From the NCBI GenBank assembly GCA_009602735.1, contig WELA01003365.1:109954-129953 (forward strand): DNA of 20,000 nucleotides, in the 5' to 3' direction. The notes below the pieces were generated by a model, which saw only the letters and a program-made list of their open reading frames with translations, was not told the origin of the DNA and made no database searches. Position numbers and translations under genes: made by a program. Source of the DNA: Mesotaenium endlicherianum. Taxonomy: Eukaryota. Positions 10,816 to 20,000 of this stretch are shown one piece after another. Positions within the stretch are counted from its first letter, which is position 1. Every line of letters begins with the position of its first letter.

Positions 10816-13800
10816 TCAAGATCGCAGATGGAAGCTCACCGGAGCGCGTGCATGTGCATGTGCGTGTGCGCGCGCAGGTACCACTACGTGCACGCGGAGC
10901 ACCGCGACGGCACACCCTTCAAGGGCAACGCGTCCACCATCACAGTGTACGAGATTAAGTACGACCGCCCCGGCCGCTACTACTATGGCGACCCCATCTA
11001 CCAGGTGCGTGGAGCTGCCCGCCTGGCCGCCTGGCAGTCTATCCGGCTGCCTGGCAGGCTGGCTGGCTGGCTGGCTGGCTGGCTGCTGGCTGATTGATTG
11101 ATAGGTTGGCTGCGATAGGTGGATGTGAGCAAGGAGATTGTGTCCTTTGCCTGAGTCTCCCTCACTCTCCACTTTTCCCGCGCTGTGTGCAGTTCCTGAT
11201 GCCGGCGCTGACGGACCCGGGCGGCACGACAGCTGTCATCACCACGCAGCCCATCGGGTACACGGTGCCCCACGCCATCGACGTTGGTAAGCCAGCCCCG
11301 GCAATTTGTTGTTCAGATCGCTTTGAAGTGTGTACAAGTGTTTGAAGATTTCTGCATCTGCAGCTATCGAGTAAGTAAAGAAGGAGCAGGGGCAACCTAC
11401 CCCACAGGCCCGCCCCCTGCTTAGCTGTCCCCACTACCTCGACCTCCCCCCGCTGCAAAGAAGACACGTGTGGAGAATGTCCCAGATTGTGCACGCAACG
11501 AGCTCAAATGGAAGAAGCACCCTTGCAACAATAGAACTCCTACACACTCGCTTGTTTTCCTGCATGCCCTTACGTGCTCTCACACGCTGTCACGCGCGCC
11601 AAAAGAGCACGTGCCACTTGCAATCGCTACAATGCACCAATGAACGGGCAAATCTGCCCGCCTGTCCACCGGGGACTGATAGGAGAGGAACGAGACCCAC
11701 TCTGACCGGCTGAGCGGGGCTGTCTGGCGGCGACAGGTGGCACGGGCCTGCCGGTGACGTACCCTGAGGGCTTCAAGTTTGTGGTGGCCAACGACTCCAG
11801 CATCAAGTACACCAGCGCCTCTCTTGACTACCGCATCCCCCTCCGGCCGCACATCGGCATCATGGGTGCGCTCCCTCCGCCCTCCGCCCTCCCCCGTTAC
11901 ATCCCCCGTCTCCTTCCCTCTCCCCCCCCGCCAGCCACCAGTACGCGCAACTTGAGATGCGAGGATGTCGGTGCTCCACTATTTGTGCTGCTGAGGCGCA
12001 GTACTAAACGGCGCAGACAGCCAGCTGTCTGCACCTGTAGAGCACAAGCACGAGCGCGCGCCTCCCTTTCGCGCTCCAGCACGCACGCACGCCGGGCATC
12101 CGGTAAGATGCAGGGCCAATTCAGCGCAGAGCACGCACAGCTGTCGCCGTGCAAGGTGACCAGCGCGATGGCAACTTTGCTCTTCAAAGAAGGCTTCCCC
12201 TAGACCCCCCCCCCCAAAAGCCCCCCAGAGCCCCCCTTCCAACACCTGGCAGCACCTGGTGACACCACTCAAGCAGCGCTTTCAAGTTTCCTTCCAAGGA
12301 TGGCACCAGTCTGTATCTCATCTCAGCATAAACAAGCTGGTACAGCAGAAGCAGCAGAAAGACTGGCACGCTGAGTTATCCTCAAGTGAGCCACCAAACC
12401 TGCTAGCTGACATGCATTTCTTGACTTGTATCCTCCTCCCCCCCCCCCCTCCCCCNNNNNNNNNNNNNNNNNNNNNNNNNNNNNNNNNNNNNNNNNNNNN
12501 NNGGGGGGGGGGGGGGGGGGGGTTGATAGCTGTGCCCTCTCGAGTTTCTAGATGGGCAAGCGTCGGGGACGTGGTGGGGTTCTGAGGGGGCAAGAGCATG
12601 ACGTTGCAATGTGTGTTTTTTGGTGTCCTTTTGAAATGAGCAGCTGTGATGCCGGCCAACGGGCAGCTGTACCTCAACGGCGCCATCAATGGCACCAAGG
12701 GTGCCTCCACTGTGTCCCCTAGCAAGTATGTGCTCTACACCTGCGTGCGCCCTCGTGCGCTATTTGCTTCGCCTCTGCCGCACAGCTTGCAGCTGGAAAC
12801 TGTGTGTGCCGTGTGCATTGTCTAGTGCTGGCCCATAGCCTTTGGCTGGGGACTATGTGTGGCTGATGTAGCCTGTGATGTTCCGTGGAGCTGTGTAGTC
12901 GGTGCCCTCTCGAGGATCCATGCAATCTAAGTGGGGCAGCGTGCTTGCCATGTGGCAGCTTTGGAGGAAACATCGACAACTGGCGCATAGGCCCAGGCAC
13001 GACCATGTACTACAAGGCGCAGGTGGCGGGCGGGCGCCTCGTTCTGGCCGACACTCACGCCGGTACTTGTCGCCGCACAAAACCGTGCTCACACGCAGCC
13101 CCTCCTTGTCTCATGTCTCAGTTTGTGGGTCAAGACAGAACATGTTCTTGTGTATTCGAATACAGATGCACGTGTTCACTCAGCTGCGTATGCACGCATC
13201 TGCGCACAGCTGTACGGGTCTCTTGATATAGCCCGCAAATCTTCAGGTGCTGCAGAAGTACGTGCAAGGTGGAGTTGTTTGATTCCTGCTTTACACGTCA
13301 CCCGAGAACAAAAAATTCGGCTCGTAAACGTTCAGGACATTGACAGCTGCTATGAAACGTGCCTTACATGCGCAATCCCGTCTGTGCTCAGCATCACAGA
13401 TGTAGCGGACTCCATGGCTGGGCTACCACTCGAAAGTGGATACACAGCAATCCTCTGTGTATTCTAACTTGGTTCAGCATCTGTGGCACTCTGGCTGCTA
13501 GACCTGGGCCTGCAGAAGGATGTCTTTCTTATCTTACTTCTGCTGTGTCTTGCAGCGCAAGGCGACAGCGAGCTGTCCGGCACGGCCATCGAGACGTGCT
13601 TCACAGTCAAGATCCGCGTCAAGCTTCTCAAGCTGGTGAGCACCTTTGCATACGACACGCGCCATAAGCCTCATAGAATGAAGCGCCTCTTCTTCTATTT
13701 GCTAGTGAACAGAAACCCTTTGATACCCTGAAGGCTGAATCCCTCAATCCTGCAAATCCTGAACCCTCAAATCCACGAACCTCCTTCACGCGCGTGTCCT

Positions 13801-15644
13801 CACCCAGAGACGATAGTGCAGCCCTTCTCCGAAGCTTATCTGAACAGCAATTGGCTGGCGCCAGCTGAGGATGTATTAAGCTTAGGGAGCACGTCGCACG
13901 ATATGCGCGCCATTAGCAACAACTTTGGGATGGAAGGGAGGAGCCCAAGGGACTTGTGATATTCAAGGTTTACGAGAGAATGTCTCTCCGAGGTCAAAGA
14001 TCCTGCACAACCTGTCATCCAGTTGAATATCAATCTTTGTCTGGCAAGGCTCTCAGAACCGCAAAACTCTCTCACGATGCTGGCATGTTCCCTCAGCTTT
14101 CCACACCTCGCTGGATTTGCGGTTAGGCCTGACTTGGACCTCGGCAAGACGGCGTGGCAGTCTGTGAGGTGTGCCTGAGATGCCTCTTGTCGCTTCAGAG
14201 AGCATCGGCATCACGAGTGCTGATGTGGAGAAGCTGCTGTTGCGCTTGCCATCCCTCCGCGTTCACTGCCGGTAACAATCCCGGCGCTGTTTCTTACATC
14301 TATGGCTGATGGTGGTGACGTGCGCAGGCCAAGCTGCCGTCGACCGTGAGGCTGCTCAACTTCCCGCTCGGCGAGACCAGATATGTTCGTAGCGATCTCT
14401 TCCACCCAGCTAGGTCTCATTCCAGCAAGCGCACAGCATCAGTCGAGCGTATACCTAGTCCATCATGCCTTCAAAATCCATTGCCTGGCAGTTATGTCAC
14501 GCTTTTTGTGTCCAGCACAACTTACACACCTGCTTCTCCCTCCTTAGGCCTTTCCTCTCGAGCGTGCCCCTCCGGTTTTTGCCTGATTCACCTCCCTTCC
14601 ACTGCGCTACCCCAAGCCTCGCTCAATTCATACAGCAGCCTCCGAACTTCTAAGACTGAAAAACAGTCAGGGTGTGAGGAAGCTGGGGAGCCAGAGCCAG
14701 GCCAACACGTGGCGGGGCTGTGAGTGACGAGGCCATACTCCACGTGGTGTGACGTGGTGGTGCCATGTGTGCGCAGGAGTACATGATCCACGGGTTCGTG
14801 TTCCTGGATTACCTCTCCCAGCTGACCACCCCGTCCAACATCAGCCTGGAGGGCGGCAGCCTGGACCTGGCATTCAAGGGCGCGTACGACCGCACGCGCA
14901 ACTTCCTCATGGACGCCTTCTACCTGGCGGAGACGGAGGCCATCGGCGTGATGAGCACGTCCGTCGACTTCATCGTCACGCAGGTGCGCGCGCACGCGCG
15001 CTTGGACCTCCTGCAAATATATGCTGGCGTTGTTGTCTCGCTGCACTCTGTCTCTGTCGCAATGGCACATGCCCTTGTCGCTGTCGGGATGTGGTGGTAC
15101 GCGTTGCTGTGGGGTTGCCGGGCCACTCGCAGCTGGTACTGACGAGTTCTCTCTCCGCTGGCGGCAGAGGCTAACAGAAGCTCGTTGTTGAAAGTTGCAG
15201 AGCCATCAGCATGCTACTGGCAGGGGCCTGTTTTCATGGTAGCTTGATGTTGTAACCTTGACATCATTGTCATATGCTCTCTATCTCCCTCTCTTTCTGT
15301 AATGCTTTGAATGAGCACAGTATGGCTCAGGATCAGCATCTGCATGGAAGGTTGATCTTGGCGCCTTACGATCTTGTCTTATGCTGTGGAGAGTGAATCG
15401 CGACAATGCAATGTGCCTCTCCTTTAAGCAGCTTCGTTCTGCTTGGCGATGTTTTCCATTTCAGGTGGTGGACAGCAACTGGGGAGTGCACGGCCTGGTG
15501 AAGAAGTTTGTGTTTGGAAAGCGCACCAAGGGGCGCAAGCTTCTGGAGTACATGGGCGATCCCAACTTCTTTTCTCAGCTGAAGGCCCGGGAAGCCATGG
15601 CCAGGCGCAGGCAGAAGAGCCTCCTGTACAAGCTGTGGAACTGA
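7929..15644 (+). CDS. Acetamidase/formamidase family (FmdA/AmdA, PF03069) amidohydrolase, predicted secreted; 13 exons, 511 aa
   Basis: Exons 7929-8050, 8434-8560, 9984-10130, 10505-10584, 10878-11004, 11193-11286, 11737-11865, 12644-12725, 12959-13062, 13556-13635, 14328-14384, 14777-14983, 15465-15644. All introns are GT..AG, phases are compatible, total 1536 nt with no internal stop. Family motifs: TVRWGFYD...VKPGDTITVE, HIVTGPIEVCGAEVGDVIQVDILSMKPR, IPLRPHIGIMAVMP, FGGNIDNWRIGPGTTMYY, DTHAAQGDSELSGTAIE, EAIGVMSTSVDFIVTQVVDSNWGVHGLVKK. Confidence 0.93.
8434..8560 (+). CDS. Amidase exon 2 (DTVRWGFYDLSAPYVAHVKPGDTITVEVVTHTAGADYSKIIK)
   Basis: CAG acceptor, AAG|GTAGGC donor, family N-terminal motif. 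Confidence 0.9.
9172..9832. other. Assembly gap (661 N) in amidase intron 2
   Basis: N run flanked by poly-C and (CCCCG)n tracts. Confidence 0.99.
9914..9968 (+). repeat. Imperfect (GT)n/(GC)n microsatellite
   Basis: Alternating purine-pyrimidine run just before the exon 3 acceptor. Confidence 0.9.
9984..10130 (+). CDS. Amidase exon 3 (GDKGLEGIFKW...HIVTGPIEVCGAEVGDVIQ)
   Basis: CAG/GT boundaries; H..TGP....GAE.GD motif. Confidence 0.9.
10505..10584 (+). CDS. Amidase exon 4 (VDILSMKPRPNPRTKKTYGVNVLTNFG)
   Basis: CCAG acceptor, GG|GTGAGC donor. Confidence 0.88.
10782..10803 (+). repeat. (GA)n microsatellite
   Basis: Seen directly, intron 4. Confidence 0.9.
10878..11004 (+). CDS. Amidase exon 5 (YHYVHAEH...ITVYEIKYDRPGRYYYGDPIYQ)
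   Basis: GCAG acceptor, CAG|GTGCGT donor, high GC at third codon positions. Confidence 0.85.
11057..11084 (+). repeat. (GGCT)7 microsatellite
   Basis: Seen directly, intron 5. Confidence 0.9.
11193..11286 (+). CDS. Amidase exon 6 (FLMPALTDPGGTTAVITTQPIGYTVPHAIDV)
   Basis: TGCAG acceptor, G|GTAAGC donor. Confidence 0.85.
11737..11865 (+). CDS. Amidase exon 7 (GTGLPVTYPEGFKF...YRIPLRPHIGIM)
   Basis: ACAG acceptor, G|GTGCGC donor; IP.RPH.G motif. Confidence 0.88.
12456..12502. other. Assembly gap (47 N) in amidase intron 7
   Basis: N run between a poly-C and a poly-G tract. Confidence 0.99.
12644..12725 (+). CDS. Amidase exon 8 (AVMPANGQLYLNGAINGTKGASTVSPS)
   Basis: CAG acceptor, AA|GTATGT donor; phases fit both neighbouring exons. 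Confidence 0.85.
12959..13062 (+). CDS. Amidase exon 9 (FGGNIDNWRIGPGTTMYYKAQVAGGRLVLADTHA)
   Basis: GGN.D family motif; GCAG/GTACTT boundaries. Confidence 0.93.
13556..13635 (+). CDS. Amidase exon 10 (AQGDSELSGTAIETCFTVKIRVKLLKL)
   Basis: QGD.E..GTAIE motif; TGCAG/GTGAGC boundaries. Confidence 0.93.
13713..13782 (+). repeat. Degenerate telomere-like (AAACCCT-type) heptamer tract
   Basis: aaaccct, ataccct, aatccct, caatcct, aaatcct, gaaccct and related units in intron 10. Confidence 0.55.
14328..14384 (+). CDS. Amidase exon 11 (AKLPSTVRLLNFPLGETRY)
   Basis: GCAG acceptor, GTTCGT donor, phase 0/0; PL.ET motif. Confidence 0.75.
14777..14983 (+). CDS. Amidase exon 12 (EYMIHGFVFLDYLSQL...EAIGVMSTSVDFIVTQ)
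   Basis: GCAG/GTGCGC boundaries; family C-terminal helix motifs. Confidence 0.92.
15465..15644 (+). CDS. Amidase exon 13 (VVDSNWGVHGLVKKFVF plus C-terminal extension, TGA)
   Basis: TTTCAG acceptor; QVVD.NWGVH motif; stop at 15642-15644. Confidence 0.92.
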   Translation: MVDSNWGVHGLVKKFVFGKRTKGRKLLEYMGDPNFFSQLKAREAMARRRQKSLLYKLWN

Positions 15645-16564
15645 TATTTGTGTCGGTACTATTTATCTGTGCATGAAAATATTTTACGAGCGAAATGCTC
15701 CCCCATAGGTGCTGCCAATCAGTAAGGCCAATAACTTATTGGACCTGGCAGAGAGCGCAAGGCTGCAATGTAAGAAGGGGAATGCTCTAGCAGCGTTCTG
15801 TGATGAAGTTTAGAAGCCACTTCCACATGTCAATTAAGTATGTAGGGCCTAGAGGCACATCAGCATAGGGTGGTATTGTATTGCAGGGCTACAGAGCTCC
15901 AGCTTACGTGTAAAAACTATTTTCTGCAGTGACACATTGCCCCTGGGGGACATAGGGTGATAGCTCCCTTCAAAAATTGGGCGCACATTACGATTTTCCT
16001 GGTTGCGCTTATCAATCATGCCAGATTTTTCAGCTCAATTCAGCCTTAGGGGTTGCGAATGAAACCAATCAAACGGTGACCTTTGCGATCAATTTGCATT
16101 TTTTGCGAAAGAAATCAAAGATTCTGAAAAGTCACAGACACCTAGCACACCATGGTGGCGGACGCACGTTGGACGTTTGCTAATGACCGGCCGACCAGAT
16201 TTTGACCAAAAGCTCAGATCAATATAACCCTGCAGTACGTCAAAATGAGTTTCACTACGGTTGCTCTTTAGCTGTACGTGTGGTCAAAAAGTTGCAAACC
16301 CTTTTTCACCACTCTGATGGGAATGTACAATCTGCAAAATTCATGGTTGGCTTCGAGCTGCAGGCTCCGTAGTGGGCCTTTCATGCTCGTCAAGGACCAA
16401 CACAACTTTCTTTGAAAGAGCAGTGCGGGAGGCAGGCAACAAAAAACGCGAAAGAAGCCAAGCAGGCAGATAAATGTGCAGGGATGATCGAAAAGTGAGC
16501 TTCACCAGATTCGTCAAATAACGTGCCGCATATTCATATCGCTCGCAATTAATTGAAGGACCAA

Positions 16565-19233
16565 TCAAGATGTCGCAACGTGTTTGGCGGTATCACTTTC
16601 AGCCACGGCCGCCTTCTCCTCCGCTGGAGCTGCAGCCCCCGCACTTGCAGGAGCTCCAGGGCCCTCTTTGGGATTCAGGCTCTTGTGGAACGCAACCTGC
16701 AGCCATGAAGACGGAACAAGACGCACCTCCTCATCCATAGTAAGTGACTGTCTCACAATCTGCCTGCAGCACCCCTGCATGCGCATGCCCAAATCCATGA
16801 GCTAAGGCTCAGAGCATATGAGAGAATTCTTACAGCCTGCTTGCAGAGTCGGGCTGGTCCGGAACTTGGCACGCAAGGGTGAAAGCGTCATCAAAAGGAT
16901 TTCGTCCATCCCGCAAACAAAGCAAATGCCGGCCTCCCCTTCCGAGCGGCTTTGGAGAAGGCGAAGAAAAGCACGCGTATTATTTCCAGGGTGCCAGCAG
17001 CTGGGATGCACAGATACTGAATCAGACATATCAGAAAGAAATTAGAGAAGAAAAACAGAAGGAGAGTGGACGCATGTGCGCGTACCGAGGAGGATGTCTT
17101 CAGAAGCTCCCGGATGGCCATGGTGGCATAACACGACGACGGCAGAGTGAATGACAGCTGCACGGCCGTGTGCTGTCCGTCGCTCTTGCTCTCAACAGAA
17201 GCAATTTTGCCGTTTGCGCCGCCTCGCCAGACTGCCACATGCACGCACATGCGCACTTGCACACAGTGGAGGAGGTCAGCATGGGGGGGAGCTTCGCAGC
17301 TTCTGCAGCGACAGCACTTTTCTAGACCTCGACCTCCCTTCCCCCCCACCTCCTCGCTTCTCCCCCGCCTCTTAAAGTTTAACGTGGAGAGGCACTGCAG
17401 TGGGCAGGGAGGGAGGGAGAAACTCTAGCACTTGCACTTCCGCCCGAGAGATGATCTGTGTTCCCCGCAGGGCTGCCTGTTAGGGCCGCAAAACCAACAG
17501 GCACCGCAGCCATGTGCCTGACCCGCCATGTCCAAGTTTCCCCCAGAAGGATCTGGAAAAGATCTGAGCGCGTCAAAGGTAGCGCTCTGTCGCCTGCTTC
17601 CTCAGGTAGCAGCAGATGCACACACGGCGGTTGTGAGAAAAACAACAAGGAGCAGCCAATATACTCTGCCATCACCTGGTGACTCTTTCTTGTGGAGAAA
17701 ACATGCTGGGCCAAAGCATCTGCCAGGCGGTGCGTTGGTCGCACCTAGCACTGGTGAAACTGACTGAGAGATCCGGGCAGCTCTCGTGCGGCCCGAGCAA
17801 GCGACCGGGAGCCACGCGGCATGCGGCGCAGGGCTCTCAATATACAGACGAGCCTAAGCTCGAAGGCCCCCCTGGGACGTCTGCTGACGAGAACTAGTCA
17901 TCCCACAAGACTGACTCCGCCGGCCTGCATGCCTGCCTGTCGCACACATCCCCTGCACCAGTACATGTGTGCATGTATGCGCAGTAAATGACAACGCTTC
18001 GTGTGCCCATCGACCACATTGCTGGGACTCGGGCATCGAACTATAACATCAACCTGAACTGAATTTGGAATATTAATATGATTGAATCGATTAAAACGAT
18101 GCACAGATGAACACGTCGTCCAAGGCACGTTCAGTGGCTAAACTCAGCGGCTGCCTTTCAGCAACCTTGGGATTTGGCCAGGTTGGGCCACTTTTGGACA
18201 CTCCTGGTGCCGTTCGGCGCCCCTCACGTAAATCGACAGGCTCCTTGGGGGCGGCCTGAGGCGTGACAGGCAGTTATCCCTTTCCAGATGTCCGCAGCAT
18301 TGCCTGAAAGGCCGCTGTAAGGGCGCCCGCCTTACCTTGAGAAGAGGCCGCCTCTGCCTCAATCTTGTCCAGGTCGGTGACGGCCAGGGCCTGCGTGTCC
18401 TGGTCATACTTGATCATTTTCCTGCAGACCGTGCCTCCACCATCACCCAGCGAGAGGAAATGACGCGAGGGGCAAAGGTAGCTTCCCTGGCGGCGCTTTC
18501 TCAACACACTCGATGTGAGAGAAGCACGCAGCAAAGCTTTTATATTTACGAACAGTACTATCAGCAGATACTTATATTCATGCATCTCATACTTGGGTGC
18601 GTGTGTGTGTGCGTGCATGTGTGCGTGTGTGTCTGTACTTGTGTGAGTGGGTGCTTGTTTGTGCATGTGTGCGTGCGTGTCCGTACGTGTGCTAGCAAGT
18701 AATTTCTTGAGTGTGTTTGTGTGTGTGTGTGACACCACGTGCATATCTTCATAGTGCAACACAGAACGAGTAGTGCAGTGGAGGGGCGTGCGCGCAAGAA
18801 GCGTAAGACCCACCAGTTGTAGTTCTTCATCCTCACCAGGAGGCGCCGGTAGCCCCCTGAAAGCGCCATGATGGAGTACTCCCTGCTAACACGCAAGCAA
18901 GCGCGCACGCACGCACGCACGCAGGCAGGCAAGCAGGCAGGCAGGCAGGCAGGCACACGCACGCGGGGGCACATGGGGCGTGTGAGTGTGCTCCCAGTGA
19001 CGTCGTGCAAAAGCAGCTGGCTCTTCCCCAACACTGTACAACAGGGGGAATGAACAGCATGCATGCGGATGCATGTGCCATGGGGGCGGGAGGGAGCGGC
19101 GGGGGCAGGAGCATCGACAGACGGGGAAACGACACACCACCCCCTACTGCCAGCTCTATTCTATTTCTGAGTCTGTCCACTCACGCTCGCGTGCTGCAAC
19201 GAAAGTGTATTGTCCCCAACGCTCGCTCACAAT

Positions 19234-19266
<33 letters not shown>

Positions 19267-19691
19267 CTGGAATGCAGCACAGCAGGGCTGCAACCCGTCG
19301 GACAACAGGCAGGCGGACAGACAGGAGAGAGTCTGCCAGGGAGCTCCAGGCCTGGAGCATATGGATGCGCATGAGACTGCCAGGCTCTAGCAGGCGCACT
19401 AAGACCCTCATGCCCCGAGAGCCACTACCAGATTGGGGCCCCACCAAGGAGGAGCTCCAGACAGGGGGAAATGCCCCTGCTGCAATCCAAGTGATGACGT
19501 ATTATATACCACAAGAAACAGAGACACAGAGGCAATCAGCAGTCCTGCTGGGACGGAGAGGCCACTCAGGGAGGAGGCTCACACGCGCGTGCGCGCACAC
19601 ACACACACACACAGATGGGGGAGATGGGAAGGGGGAGGGAGGGGCAGTCGTACTTGACACTGTGAGAACAGCTGGTGAGCTCCACCTCATC
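16565..19691 (-). CDS. PUS7: TruD-family pseudouridine synthase (PUS7-like), 3' part; gene continues beyond the right edge
   Basis: Exons (minus) 19654-19691 DEVELTSCSHSVK; 18814-18882 EYSIMALSGGYRRLLVRMKNYNW; 18336-18421 KMIKYDQDTQALAVTDLDKIEAEAASSQ; 17086-17231 ...AVQLSFTLPSSCYATMAIRELLKTSSS; 16565-16696 VAFHKSLN...stop. All boundaries are GT..AG and in phase. G.YRR and LSFTLPSSCYATMAIRELLK are the TruD/PUS7 C-terminal signatures. The 5' boundary of the 17086 exon, and whether small exons lie in 17232-18335, are uncertain. Confidence 0.92.
18598..18731 (+). repeat. Imperfect (GT)n-rich tract in a PUS7 intron
   Basis: Seen directly. Confidence 0.8.
18905..18963 (+). repeat. Compound (GCAC)n/(GCAG)n microsatellite
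   Basis: Seen directly, adjoining a PUS7 acceptor on the minus strand. Confidence 0.9.
19234..19263 (+). repeat. (AGC)10 microsatellite
   Basis: Seen directly, PUS7 intron. Confidence 0.92.
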
Positions 19692-20000
19692 CTGCCACGG
19701 CCCCCCGCGCAGGCCCCCAAGCCACGCGCCCACACACCCGGCCACCCACCCACCCACGTTGCAACGCGCACGCAGCTTCCCGTGTCAGCAGGGGGGGGCC
19801 ACCGCTGTGCAGACCGAGCGTGCAGCTCACAAAAAAAGAGCGCAAAGAGTCCGCTCACCAGAGGGGAGGCAGGGAGAGAGGGAGGGGACACAGCCCAGCT
19901 CACATGTGCAGCTCACAGGATCAGCGCATGAGGCTCACTTGAAACCGAGGGGGGCAAGAAGAGAGGGACGGAGGGGGGGAGAGGGGGAGAGGGAGGGAGG

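Noticed and set aside
17422..17476. Possible extra PUS7 mini-exon (about GSPAGNTDHLSGG) after CCCTAACAG on the minus strand
   Set aside because: Phase-compatible, but the donor is weak and exon 18336 splices in frame directly to 17231. This linker is unconserved, so it cannot be supported without RNA-seq.
18274..19931. Long ORFs rich in HT/CV/ACLP repeats
   Set aside because: Read-through of intronic microsatellites; only the short PUS7 exons inside them are supported.
1..20000. CRISPR array, operon-like system, tRNA/rRNA or autonomous transposon; functional cluster linking GH9, F-box, amidase and PUS7
   Set aside because: No repeat-spacer periodicity, no recognisable structural RNA, and no RT, integrase or transposase motifs seen. 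The four genes share no evident pathway, and adjacency alone is not evidence in a eukaryotic genome.

Overview
Intron-rich eukaryotic nuclear DNA. The GC-rich, microsatellite-laden introns and the plant-like GH9 and PUS7 peptides suggest a green alga, probably a streptophyte (inference). There are four protein-coding loci. (1) The first exon of a GH9 endo-1,4-beta-glucanase on the minus strand; no further exon was found inside the window. (2) An F-box/LRR-like ORF of 493 aa with no coding introns, minus strand. (3) A complete 13-exon gene on the plus strand (7929-15644; 1536 nt spliced, 511 aa), absent from the ORF track and assembled here by hand, encoding an acetamidase/formamidase-family (FmdA/AmdA, PF03069) amidohydrolase. 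It has a signal-peptide-like N-terminus, four N-glycosylation sequons and a basic C-terminal extension with GKR/GRK/RKLL processing-like motifs. (4) The 3' exons of a TruD-family pseudouridine synthase (PUS7-like) on the minus strand, convergent with (3) and continuing off the right edge. Two assembly gaps lie in introns. No CRISPR array, tRNA, rRNA or recognisable autonomous mobile element was seen. The best candidate for new biology is the apparently secreted, bacterial-type amidase with a possible cleavable C-terminal propeptide. Family assignments come from motif recognition, not from database searches.
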